A stretch of DNA of 64,000 bases from Bdellovibrionales bacterium. GTDB taxonomy: Bacteria > Bdellovibrionota > Bdellovibrionia > Bdellovibrionales > UBA1609. The notes under the pieces are model-generated. The model saw only the letters and a list, made by a program, of their open reading frames with translations, ran no database searches and had not been told where the DNA came from. Positions within the stretch are counted from its first letter, which is position 1. Each line of letters begins with the position of its first letter. The DNA is taken from NCBI GenBank assembly GCA_041690295.1, contig JAWLHR010000017.1, positions 1 through 64,000 on the forward strand. The letters are read 5' to 3'. Below, in pieces: positions 8,880-17,463 of this stretch. Position numbers and translations under genes: made by a program.

Positions 8880-10439
8880 TTAGTAACTCCGCACGCAGCG
8901 AACATATGCGGAGGTAGACTTGGCTCCGCCGAATGTTCCACCATTGGTAAAGGATTGCATCCGTGCGTTCGAGGAACTTTGCTCCGAAGATGACCAATAT
9001 TGCGCCGATCGGAATCCAGTGATCAGGGATTGCTTACCACCAAATGGAACGCAATTGCGAAATTCGTCAGGAAAGTTGGTATCGTGCGATGTGCCGCCGT
9101 CAGAGATACAGTATAAATACCCCAGCTCGGATTTGGACGGCAGATACCAATCCGTATACCCGCCGTAATTCATATTACTGCAATAATGAGCCGCTGAATC
9201 GTTGGAAATCGAACCATCGGCCACGATGATCGGCGTTTCATCATCCCCAAGTCGCGGGCTCGGTGAAGAGTCGTTCTGGATGTTGATCAGACCGGAAATG
9301 TCGGAGTTCCCTCCGCTGCTCCCTCGCCAACTTTTTTGCACGGAGTCTGGTCCTCCTGAACAAGTGGGAGTCGCACTATTCGTACATCCGCCGGGAGTGA
9401 CCATATAGCGGCGTCCTCGGTATGTACCGGCATAGATGGCTGTCGTTCCCGAGCACGTCTCGCCAATTTGCTTACCTGCGCATGGATCTGAACTTGTGGG
9501 CGCCGGGCCGAAATACTTGATGACGATTTGACCACCGCCGCCAGGACCTGAGACGTCACTGTTTTGGCTGCTATTAAGATTCGCGCCTGGACCGCCGGCG
9601 CCACCACCCGGAAATCCGCCGACTCCGCCGGACGCTCCAGGGCCACCACTTGCATTCGTATTGGCACCGCCGGCGCCGCCGCCACCGCCACCTTGCGCAT
9701 GGACTCCACCCATTGCACCCGCATCGGGCCACGTGGCATCAGCAAATCCACCACTTCCACCCGCGCCCGCACTGGGCGACGAACCGCCGTTCCGACCATT
9801 GTTATTCGTACTTGCAAGTCCATTCCCGCCGTTTCCAGAAGGAGATGCCGCGGCACCACCACTCCCACCGCCATAACTGTCGGCCGCTCCTCCGGAACCG
9901 CCGCTGAATTTCACTGTGCCCACACTCGAAGCGGCGGATCCACCAGAACCACCGTTATAGTTCCCGCTTAGACAAAAACCGCCGCCACCGCCCTTGGCTA
10001 ATAGGGTGGACGTGTTAACAAACCAAGTGTCACCACCCGCGTCGCCATTCGCATGCGAGTAAGAAAGTCCGCCCGCCCCGACGGAATAATTGATTGTTTG
10101 GCCTGGCGTGACCGCGAGGTTCTCGACTCTTGCATAGGCGCCACCACCACCGCCGCCACAGCTATATCCCTGATTCCTGCCACCAGCGCCACCGCCACCG
10201 CCCCATGCTTCCACGGATATCAATGTCGTCACACCACTTGGAACCTTCCATGACGAACCGGACGTGAGTGTGACCGTGTGCAAAGCCAGGGGCTGAGGAC
10301 GCATACGAGACATGAAAGCGATCCGAGCCTCGGCGCTCGGTTGATAAAATAACATCAAGAACGCGAAGGCCAGCAGCGTCGTTTGTCGTCGCACTGAACG
10401 AGTACGACTATGGGCATTGCTTCCAAACTTGGGCGCCAT
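8880..10439 (-). CDS. Secreted glycine-rich domain protein with C-terminal DUF1566/Lcl-like (C-type lectin fold) domain
   Basis: Signal-like N-terminus; SWKVPSGVTTLISVEAWGGGGG...GGGGQIVIKY phage-type Gly-rich domain; GGYTDWYLPSKSEL...YWSSSE...YVRCVR DUF1566 motifs. Confidence 0.75.
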   Translation of the reverse strand: MAPKFGSNAHSRTRSVRRQTTLLAFAFLMLFYQPSAEARIAFMSRMRPQPLALHTVTLTSGSSWKVPSGVTTLISVEAWGGGGGAGGRNQGYSCGGGGGGAYARVENLAVTPGQTINYSVGAGGLSYSHANGDAGGDTWFVNTSTLLAKGGGGGFCLSGNYNGGSGGSAASSVGTVKFSGGSGGAADSYGGGSGGAAASPSGNGGNGLASTNNNGRNGGSSPSAGAGGSGGFADATWPDAGAMGGVHAQGGGGGGAGGANTNASGGPGASGGVGGFPGGGAGGPGANLNSSQNSDVSGPGGGGQIVIKYFGPAPTSSDPCAGKQIGETCSGTTAIYAGTYRGRRYMVTPGGCTNSATPTCSGGPDSVQKSWRGSSGGNSDISGLINIQNDSSPSPRLGDDETPIIVADGSISNDSAAHYCSNMNYGGYTDWYLPSKSELGYLYCISDGGTSHDTNFPDEFRNCVPFGGKQSLITGFRSAQYWSSSEQSSSNARMQSFTNGGTFGGAKSTSAYVRCVRSY

Positions 10440-13400
10440 ACCAAGTACTGTCTCCGTTCATTTTGATGAATTGATAAATTGTTTTTTCTCCAGCACCAGT
10501 ACAGACATTTGGGGTTATGTTTTGATTCCAAAGGATGGAACCGCCGCCTGGTGCGACCCATGTCAACGTGCGCGAGCCGGTGCCGTCCTGAGTGATGACA
10601 ATCACAACCTGTGCCATTCCATTAGTGATTCCAGGGTCATTGGGTAAAGTGATCGTGGCATTTCCAGTTAGTGTCACTCTGTAGATGCTTCCATTGGTGA
10701 GCGCGCCGAGGCTCAACGATGTTCCGGAGTTCACACTGGCCTGCATTTTTTCCGCGAGAGAGTAGAACGCGCCGTTAACGCGCAGATTGCCGTTCACATC
10801 CAATCGCTCGCCCGGAGTGGTCGTTCCGATACCCACTGGACCACCATCCGGATTCAATGCCAGCGCCCGAGTCGACGTAAAATTCTCCGAGGACTCGATC
10901 CAACCGTAAGGAGGACTGGCCGTCGTGTTCACACCTAAGGTCAAACGTTTGTTGGAGTCTGATGAACCACGGATTTGCAGTTGACCGGTTTCATCATGGT
11001 ACGGACTGGGATTGGAATTTCCCGCAATGACCACTTGAAACGGAGAAGCTGGTGCGGTGGCAATACCAACACGTCCGGAATTATCAATTCGTATACCTTC
11101 ACTGCCCCCGTCATTACTCAGCCAGTTTCCATTCAACTGAATATTCGTCGTGGCCGTGTGATTTCCCAAATTATCCGCACCGCCACCAACCATGTCCTTC
11201 CAAATGTTGTTCTCGTACACTTCGAACTTATTGCTGGTCGTGTTGTAACGGATCATACCGTTCAAGCCGGTCGGGCGGTTGGCTTGTGTGTCGCGGGGAA
11301 CGAGCATGGCGCTACGAGAGCCGGTGGCAAAGACATCTAATATCACTCCGGAGTTCGGTGTTGCGGTGCCGATCGACATGGTTCCTGCATCGGTGATTCT
11401 GACCCGTTCAATGCCATCTGAATTGGCAATCACCAAATCCGGATTGTCACCCATCGCGCGGATCAGGCCCGCGGTATCGGTTGTTCCATTGGCCATGTAT
11501 CCCAAGGCCACGCCAGAAGAATTTCCGCCGTCACGATACGCGCCCAACAAGCTGTGAGTGCCGGCGGCCGCGCCATCCTCCATGTTAACTCTTGTCGAAC
11601 CTTTGAAGTACGTGGTCCCGCCCGTATTTTGAATATAGAGATCACTATTCGCGCCGTTGTTGCGCGCTAAAATTTCGTTGTCGTCGATCGTCAAGTTCAA
11701 TCCGGAGACATCACCAATGACCAGATTCCCGCCGGTGCCTAGTGAAGCATCTATATCTCCAGGTAAATACACCCGGCCGTCGTTATCAATTCGGAGACCT
11801 TCATTGCCGCCATCATTACTAAGGTAATTGCCGTTGAGTTTGATGTTCGCCGTGGCCGTATGATCACCCAGATTATCCGCGCCGCTGCCAACCATGTCGA
11901 CCCAAGCGCTGTTTTGATAGACTTCGAATTTATTCGAATCCGTATTGTAACGGATCATACCGTTCACACCACTCGGGCGGTTGGCTTGTGTGTCGCGGGG
12001 GATGATGATTGAACTCGTTGATCCAGTCGCATAGATGTCGAGGATTGATCCGGAATTCGGCGTTGCCGTTCCAATTCCGACGCGGCCTCCGGCCTTGATG
12101 ACCATTTGTCGTGTCGAATCGTTTTCAGAGAAGTAAATATCGCCACCCGTAACCCGGTTGATATTCAAACTCGTACCATCACTCAGGAAGGAAGCGTTCT
12201 CATAGGTGGGTGAATTATTGAAGTAAAACGCGGACCAAGTGGGATCCGAGACTTGGGCGCCGATCGAGATGTTAGGCCCAGAACCTCCCGAAGCGATAGT
12301 CAAACGACGATTCGCAGTTGAAGTTCCAATGGCCACATTGCCTGAGTTATCAACGCGGATCCCCTCATTACCACCATCATTGCTCAGCCAATTGTCATTG
12401 AGTTTAATGTTCGCCGTGGCCGTGTGATCACCAAGATTGTCCGCGCCGCTACTGACCATGTTGGTCCATTGTCCGTCTTCGTAAACTTCAAACTTCGCCA
12501 AAGACGTGTTGTAACGGATCATACCGTCAACCGCATTGGTTGGGCGGCTTGAGGTGTCCGCGCGGGGAACGAGAAGTGAACTGGTGTCCGATGTCGTGCC
12601 CCAAAGGTCAAGCAAGGCACCGGGAGTCACACTTGATGTTCCCAAAGCGAGGGTTCCGTTGGCGCCAAGTTGAGGAATCTTATTGGCGGTGATACCGACA
12701 TCAACGGAAATTGTCTTCTCGCTTCCCGCGCCGTCAATGATGATTCCCGTACCGGCGACAAGGTCGAGAGACGCATCATTCGCGGGTAACCAAGCACTGC
12801 CATTCCACTTGAGCACTTGTTGATTAGTCGCACCGGTTTGAGTAAGCGCTGTTGTCGGAATCGCAATCGTTTCTTCACTGGCCGCGGTTAAGCGACCTTG
12901 AGCATCGACCGTGAATTTAGCGACAGCCGTAGCGGAACCATACGACTGAGCGGTCACACCTGTGTCGTCTAGATCAATTGTGACAGCACCGGAAGTGCCG
13001 CCACCGGTAAGACCTGTACCGGCCGCGACTTCAGTGATCGTGCCTCCGCCGTTATCGTCATCGGCGCAAAGCCACGCGGAGCCATTCCATTTTAAGATTT
13101 GTTGATTGCTACAAGCCACGTTGTTCGGAGCATAAGTGAAGTACTTGCCAGCGGCTGAGCCAATATCACCCACATCCAAGGTCACAGCACCGGTTTTACC
13201 CGCAACTGAGGACACTGGAGCTGAAGGAACCGGGCGAGGTTCCCAAGCATTCGCTGATTGATTCCACATCAAAACTTCGGTGTCATTCGGAGCCGTCGAG
13301 GCAATGTCACGACCTTGGAGTTTGGTCGCATCGGTTGAGTCATTGTCGTCGGCCGGCAACCAGGCACTGCCATTCCACTTGAGCACTTGTTGATTAGTCG

Positions 13401-16400
13401 CACCGGTTTGAGTAAGCGCTGTTGTCGGAATGGCAATCGTTTCTTCACTGGCTGCGGTTAAACGACCTTGAGCATCCACCGTGAACTTCGCAACAGCCGT
13501 GGCGGAGCCGTACGACTGCGCGGTCACACCTGTGTCGTCTAGATCAATTGTGACAGCACCGGAAGTGCCGCCACCGGTAAGACCTGTGCCGGCTGCGACT
13601 TCAGTGATCGTACCACCGCCGTTATCGTCATCGGCGCAAAGCCAGGCGGAGCCATTCCACTTTAAGATTTGTTGATTGCTACAGGCCACGTTGTTCGGGG
13701 CATAAGTGAAGTACTTGCCAGCGGCTGAACCAATATCACTTACATCCAAGGTCACAGCGCCGGTTCGGCCTGCGACTGAAGTCACCGGAGCTGAAGGCAC
13801 TGGTCTTGGTTCCCAAGCATTCGCTGATTGATTCCACATTAAAACTTCGGTGTCGTTCGGAGCTGTTGAGGCAATGTCACGACCTTGGATTTTGGTCGCA
13901 TCAGTCGAATCATTATCGTCAGCGGGCAACCAAGCACTGCCATTCCATTTGAGCACTTGTTGATTAGTCGCACCGGTTTGCGTGATCGCTGTCGAGGGAA
14001 TGGAGATCGCCACCGACTCAGCATCAATCAATCGGCCTTGAGCATCGACTTCGAAAGTGGCCACTTCAGATGAAGAACCATAGGTGCCAGCCGTCACGGT
14101 TGTATCATCCAGATCAATTGTGACAGCACCGGAAGTGCCGCCACCAGTAAGTCCTGTACCCGCCGCCACTTCTGTAATATCGCCACCGGCATTATCGTCG
14201 TCGGCGCAAAGCCAGGCGGAGCCATTCCACTTCAATATTTGTTGATTGCCGCAAGCCACATTGTTCGGAGCGTAAGTGAAGTACTTTCCAGCGGCTGAAC
14301 CAATATCACCCACATCCAAAGTCACCGCACCGGTTCGGCCTGCAACGGAAGTGACCGGAGCTGAAGGAACCGGGCGAGGTTCCCAAGCATTCGATGATTG
14401 ATTCCACATCAAAACTTCAGTGTCATTCGGAGCCGTCGAGGCAATGTCACGACCTTGGAGTTTGGTCGCATCGGTTGAGTCATTGTCGTCAGCCGGCAAC
14501 CAGGCACTGCCATTCCACTTGAGCACTTGTTGATTAGTCGCACCGGTTTGAGTAAGCGCTGTTGTCGGAATGGCAATCGTTTCTTCACTGGCTGCGGTTA
14601 AACGACCTTGAGCATCCACCGTGAACTTCGCAACAGCCGTGGCGGAGCCGTACGACTGCGCTGTCACACCTGTATCGTCCAGGTCGACGGTCACAACGCC
14701 CGAAGTTCCACCACCAGAAAGTCCTGTTCCGGCGACCACTTCGGTAATGTCGCCGCCGGCATTATCGTCGTCGGCGCAAAGCCAGGCGGAGCCATTCCAC
14801 TTCAATATTTGTTGATTGCCGCAGGCCACGTTGTTCGGAGCATAAGTGAAATACTTGCCAGCGGCTGAGCCAATATCACCCACATCCAAGGTCACAGCGC
14901 CAGTCTTACCTGCGACTGATGACACCGGCGCTGACGGAACCGGTTGCGGCTCCCAAGCATTCGATGATTGATTCCACATTAAGACTTCGGTGTCGTTCGG
15001 AGCTGTTGAGGCAATGTCACGACCTTGAAGCTTGGTCGCATCGGTTGAGTCATTATCATCGGCGGGCAACCAGGCACTGCCATTCCACTTGAGCACTTGT
15101 TGATTAGTCGCACCGGTTTGAGTAAGCGCTGTTGTCGGAATGGCAATCGTTTCTTCACTGGCCGCAGTTAAACGACCTTGAGCATCTACGGTGAATTTCG
15201 CCACAGCCGTGGCGGAACCATAGGATTGTGCTGTAACACCTGTGTCGTCCAGGTCTACGGTCACAACGCCCGAAGTTCCACCACCAGAAAGTCCTGTTCC
15301 GGCGACCACTTCGGTGATCGTACCACCGCCGTTATCGTCATCGGCGCAAAGCCAGGCGGAGCCATTCCACTTTAAGATTTGTTGATTGCCGCAAGCCACG
15401 TTGTTCGGAGCGTAAGTGAAATACTTGCCAGCGGCTGAACCAATATCACCCACATCCAAAGTCACCGCACCGGTTTTTCCTGCAACTGATGTAACAGGAA
15501 AATTAATCGCCACGTCTTGAGCAAAGGTCACAACCCCTTGCGCATCCACACCGAACTGACCCACACTTGTGGTGCTTCCGTAAACTCCGGCGGTGACGCC
15601 AGATGCGCCCATCGCCGTGGGAACTGTCACACATTCCCAACCATCCGCGCCCCAACGAAGAATCTCGTTCAAGGCGCAGGTCTTAAATTTCAAAGTCTCA
15701 CCCGTCGAACTGTCGCTGATGACCAGACGATTTTTGCCCATACCAGCTTGGTCCACGGTGCGGGCACTGATCGCATTGTCCGCGATCTTTGGCTCAGTGA
15801 CCGCTTCATCATCAATCTTTGCCGTGGTCACGGCCTCATTGGCGATCGTGGGATTGGGATAAGTACCGGTTAAATCACCACCTGCGGCCCCACCGGCGTC
15901 AAAGCCCACGTAAGCCGAACCGTTCCACAAACGAACCGTGTTCAAATCCGTATTATAAAAAATCGATCCCGCATGGGCTGCGCCCAAGCCACCTTCTTGA
16001 GCCGTCGTGAATCGACCAAGGGTCAAGTAGCGCTGATTATCCATGGTGATATGGCCAGCTAACTCGATGTTGTTTCCGCCCATGGTGATCGGACCCTGCA
16101 TCGTACCGCCGGCGAGAGGAAGTTTGGTGTTATCGACCGCTGAAGGCACTCCAGTGGTCCACTTGTTATTGGCCGCATCCCAGATGAGCGTGTGGCCATC
16201 GTTCGTATTAGCGCCCACACCGGATAAATCGGCCGACTTATCACCCACATGGGAATCCACCCAACCTCGGTTCACCGCATCAGTCGCCGATGTGGGGCTT
16301 CCCACATTCGAGATCACTTGGCCGTTAAATGAATAAGGCGCGTTGAAGGTGTTATTCAGTAAGTTTTGTAATTTGGGATAATTGGTCGCCGAGAATACGT

Positions 16401-16965
16401 CTTCCACATTAGCTTGGTTCAGATCCGTTCCCGCATCGTCTTTGACCTGAATGAAATCCGAAGCGGATTTTCCTTGCAACGTATCGGCGTAGAGGGCGTA
16501 CGCGGAAGAAGTCAGGGGAACATTGGGTGTCAATGCGGTCATGCCGGAGCCTAAGTCGTAGGACACGCGAATCTTTCGCAACGATCCGCTGGCCAGAGTC
16601 ACACCAGCCGTGCAACCGGTAAAACCACCTGTCGCCACTCCGGAGTTTTCGAAAATTTTCCAACTCAGATCGTTCGGGCTGCCGGCATCCAGATGATTCT
16701 GGCGCGGATTGCCCTCACCAATGACCAAGGAGAATCCGCCCTTTGAGCCGGACAAATCCGCCGTGTGCGTCTCACTATAGAGAACACAGGTCTCGTTCTC
16801 ATCGAGAATTTCGAGTTTGAAATCAACGCTGTTCTGAATAATGGGGGCGCCGCTCGAGTTGTAGAGAACACCACTCACGTTCAGCTTAACCGGAGCGCTT
16901 TGCGCATGAACCACGAAAGACCCAATCAGGATCAGCGTATATAAAGTACCGGTGCAAACGTTCAA
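10408..16965 (-). CDS. Giant secreted phage-tail-fibre-like adhesin (Bdellovibrio MAT-like), 2185 aa
   Basis: Signal peptide; conserved N-domain ending SSAYALYADTLQG; QVLKWNGSAW, VTSVAGKTGAVTL and G(R/N)VGIGT fibre motifs; C-terminal TLTGNATIT...TQDGTGSRTLTW...WYG domain; no S74 chaperone motif seen. Confidence 0.85.
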   Translation of the reverse strand: MNVCTGTLYTLILIGSFVVHAQSAPVKLNVSGVLYNSSGAPIIQNSVDFKLEILDENETCVLYSETHTADLSGSKGGFSLVIGEGNPRQNHLDAGSPNDLSWKIFENSGVATGGFTGCTAGVTLASGSLRKIRVSYDLGSGMTALTPNVPLTSSAYALYADTLQGKSASDFIQVKDDAGTDLNQANVEDVFSATNYPKLQNLLNNTFNAPYSFNGQVISNVGSPTSATDAVNRGWVDSHVGDKSADLSGVGANTNDGHTLIWDAANNKWTTGVPSAVDNTKLPLAGGTMQGPITMGGNNIELAGHITMDNQRYLTLGRFTTAQEGGLGAAHAGSIFYNTDLNTVRLWNGSAYVGFDAGGAAGGDLTGTYPNPTIANEAVTTAKIDDEAVTEPKIADNAISARTVDQAGMGKNRLVISDSSTGETLKFKTCALNEILRWGADGWECVTVPTAMGASGVTAGVYGSTTSVGQFGVDAQGVVTFAQDVAINFPVTSVAGKTGAVTLDVGDIGSAAGKYFTYAPNNVACGNQQILKWNGSAWLCADDDNGGGTITEVVAGTGLSGGGTSGVVTVDLDDTGVTAQSYGSATAVAKFTVDAQGRLTAASEETIAIPTTALTQTGATNQQVLKWNGSAWLPADDNDSTDATKLQGRDIASTAPNDTEVLMWNQSSNAWEPQPVPSAPVSSVAGKTGAVTLDVGDIGSAAGKYFTYAPNNVACGNQQILKWNGSAWLCADDDNAGGDITEVVAGTGLSGGGTSGVVTVDLDDTGVTAQSYGSATAVAKFTVDAQGRLTAASEETIAIPTTALTQTGATNQQVLKWNGSAWLPADDNDSTDATKLQGRDIASTAPNDTEVLMWNQSSNAWEPRPVPSAPVTSVAGRTGAVTLDVGDIGSAAGKYFTYAPNNVACGNQQILKWNGSAWLCADDDNAGGDITEVAAGTGLTGGGTSGAVTIDLDDTTVTAGTYGSSSEVATFEVDAQGRLIDAESVAISIPSTAITQTGATNQQVLKWNGSAWLPADDNDSTDATKIQGRDIASTAPNDTEVLMWNQSANAWEPRPVPSAPVTSVAGRTGAVTLDVSDIGSAAGKYFTYAPNNVACSNQQILKWNGSAWLCADDDNGGGTITEVAAGTGLTGGGTSGAVTIDLDDTGVTAQSYGSATAVAKFTVDAQGRLTAASEETIAIPTTALTQTGATNQQVLKWNGSAWLPADDNDSTDATKLQGRDIASTAPNDTEVLMWNQSANAWEPRPVPSAPVSSVAGKTGAVTLDVGDIGSAAGKYFTYAPNNVACSNQQILKWNGSAWLCADDDNGGGTITEVAAGTGLTGGGTSGAVTIDLDDTGVTAQSYGSATAVAKFTVDAQGRLTAASEETIAIPTTALTQTGATNQQVLKWNGSAWLPANDASLDLVAGTGIIIDGAGSEKTISVDVGITANKIPQLGANGTLALGTSSVTPGALLDLWGTTSDTSSLLVPRADTSSRPTNAVDGMIRYNTSLAKFEVYEDGQWTNMVSSGADNLGDHTATANIKLNDNWLSNDGGNEGIRVDNSGNVAIGTSTANRRLTIASGGSGPNISIGAQVSDPTWSAFYFNNSPTYENASFLSDGTSLNINRVTGGDIYFSENDSTRQMVIKAGGRVGIGTATPNSGSILDIYATGSTSSIIIPRDTQANRPSGVNGMIRYNTDSNKFEVYQNSAWVDMVGSGADNLGDHTATANIKLNGNYLSNDGGNEGLRIDNDGRVYLPGDIDASLGTGGNLVIGDVSGLNLTIDDNEILARNNGANSDLYIQNTGGTTYFKGSTRVNMEDGAAAGTHSLLGAYRDGGNSSGVALGYMANGTTDTAGLIRAMGDNPDLVIANSDGIERVRITDAGTMSIGTATPNSGVILDVFATGSRSAMLVPRDTQANRPTGLNGMIRYNTTSNKFEVYENNIWKDMVGGGADNLGNHTATTNIQLNGNWLSNDGGSEGIRIDNSGRVGIATAPASPFQVVIAGNSNPSPYHDETGQLQIRGSSDSNKRLTLGVNTTASPPYGWIESSENFTSTRALALNPDGGPVGIGTTTPGERLDVNGNLRVNGAFYSLAEKMQASVNSGTSLSLGALTNGSIYRVTLTGNATITLPNDPGITNGMAQVVIVITQDGTGSRTLTWVAPGGGSILWNQNITPNVCTGAGEKTIYQFIKMNGDSTWYGAQVWKQCP
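11070..12600 (-). repeat. Three dispersed modules (PR.T..RP...GMIRYNT...KFEVY...W..MV..GADNLG.HTAT.NI.LN.N.LSNDGG.EG.R.DN.G.V) separated by unique spacers
   Basis: Seen three times in the translated protein. Confidence 0.85.
12781..15498 (-). repeat. 570-bp (190-aa) in-frame tandem repeat, about 4.8 copies
   Basis: GAGCACTTGTTGATTAGTCGCACCGGTTTG recurs at 12811, 13381, 13951, 14521 and 15091; units start at 15498, 14928, 14358, 13788 and 13218. Confidence 0.95.
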
Positions 16966-17062
16966 ACAACCCCCTCAGCCAACGTACTATTGAAGTAACG
17001 TAACTTGGAAGTTACGCACTATATGGTTATATCGGATTAAACTCACACTGGCTTAATGGTCA

Positions 17063-17294
17063 GTCTTAGGCTGAAACGCCTTACTTGTCCCAGTTTGACA
17101 TGAAATCAGAGCGCATTTTGATACTTCAAGAAACTTTGAAATCTCATTTTGAAACGATAAACCGAATTTATTAACGTTCACAAGCGAACTGGTTCGCAAC
17201 ATTCTAGACCATTCACAAAGCGAATAAGAGCCCAAGCATCCACTCAACTTTTCGTACAGAGAGTTGACAAAAACCGGCTTTCTCAAAATGAGAA
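17063..17294. promoter_or_regulatory. Cluster of five palindromic sites (consensus about RTCTCA-N3-TGARAC) in the divergent promoter region
   Basis: GTCTTAGGCTGAAAC 17063, GTCCCAGTTTGACAT 17087, AGCGCATTTTGATAC 17110, ATCTCATTTTGAAAC 17141, TTCTCAAAATGAGAA 17280. Confidence 0.55.
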
Positions 17295-17463
17295 AGTGTA
17301 AAATGTTTCGTAAGTCTTATGATTTACTAAATAATTTTTGTCAATTTCGCTGACAGGGTGGCGACCACTAACTGTACATTTACCAGACAGTTTGAGTGCC
17401 GTATTATGGACTTATCCACTGAAATTCCGGGACGTGAAGGCCAACCATCAATGGAGGTATTTA

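Noticed and set aside
8880..9010. The DUF1566 C-terminus (YWSSSE...VRCVR) resembles a diversity-generating retroelement variable region
   Set aside because: I found no reverse transcriptase and no second near-identical copy (template repeat) in the window; a trans-acting DGR elsewhere cannot be excluded
10408..16965. Prophage or tailocin suggested by the tail-fibre motifs
   Set aside because: The protein has a Sec-type signal and there are no capsid, baseplate, integrase or lysis genes nearby
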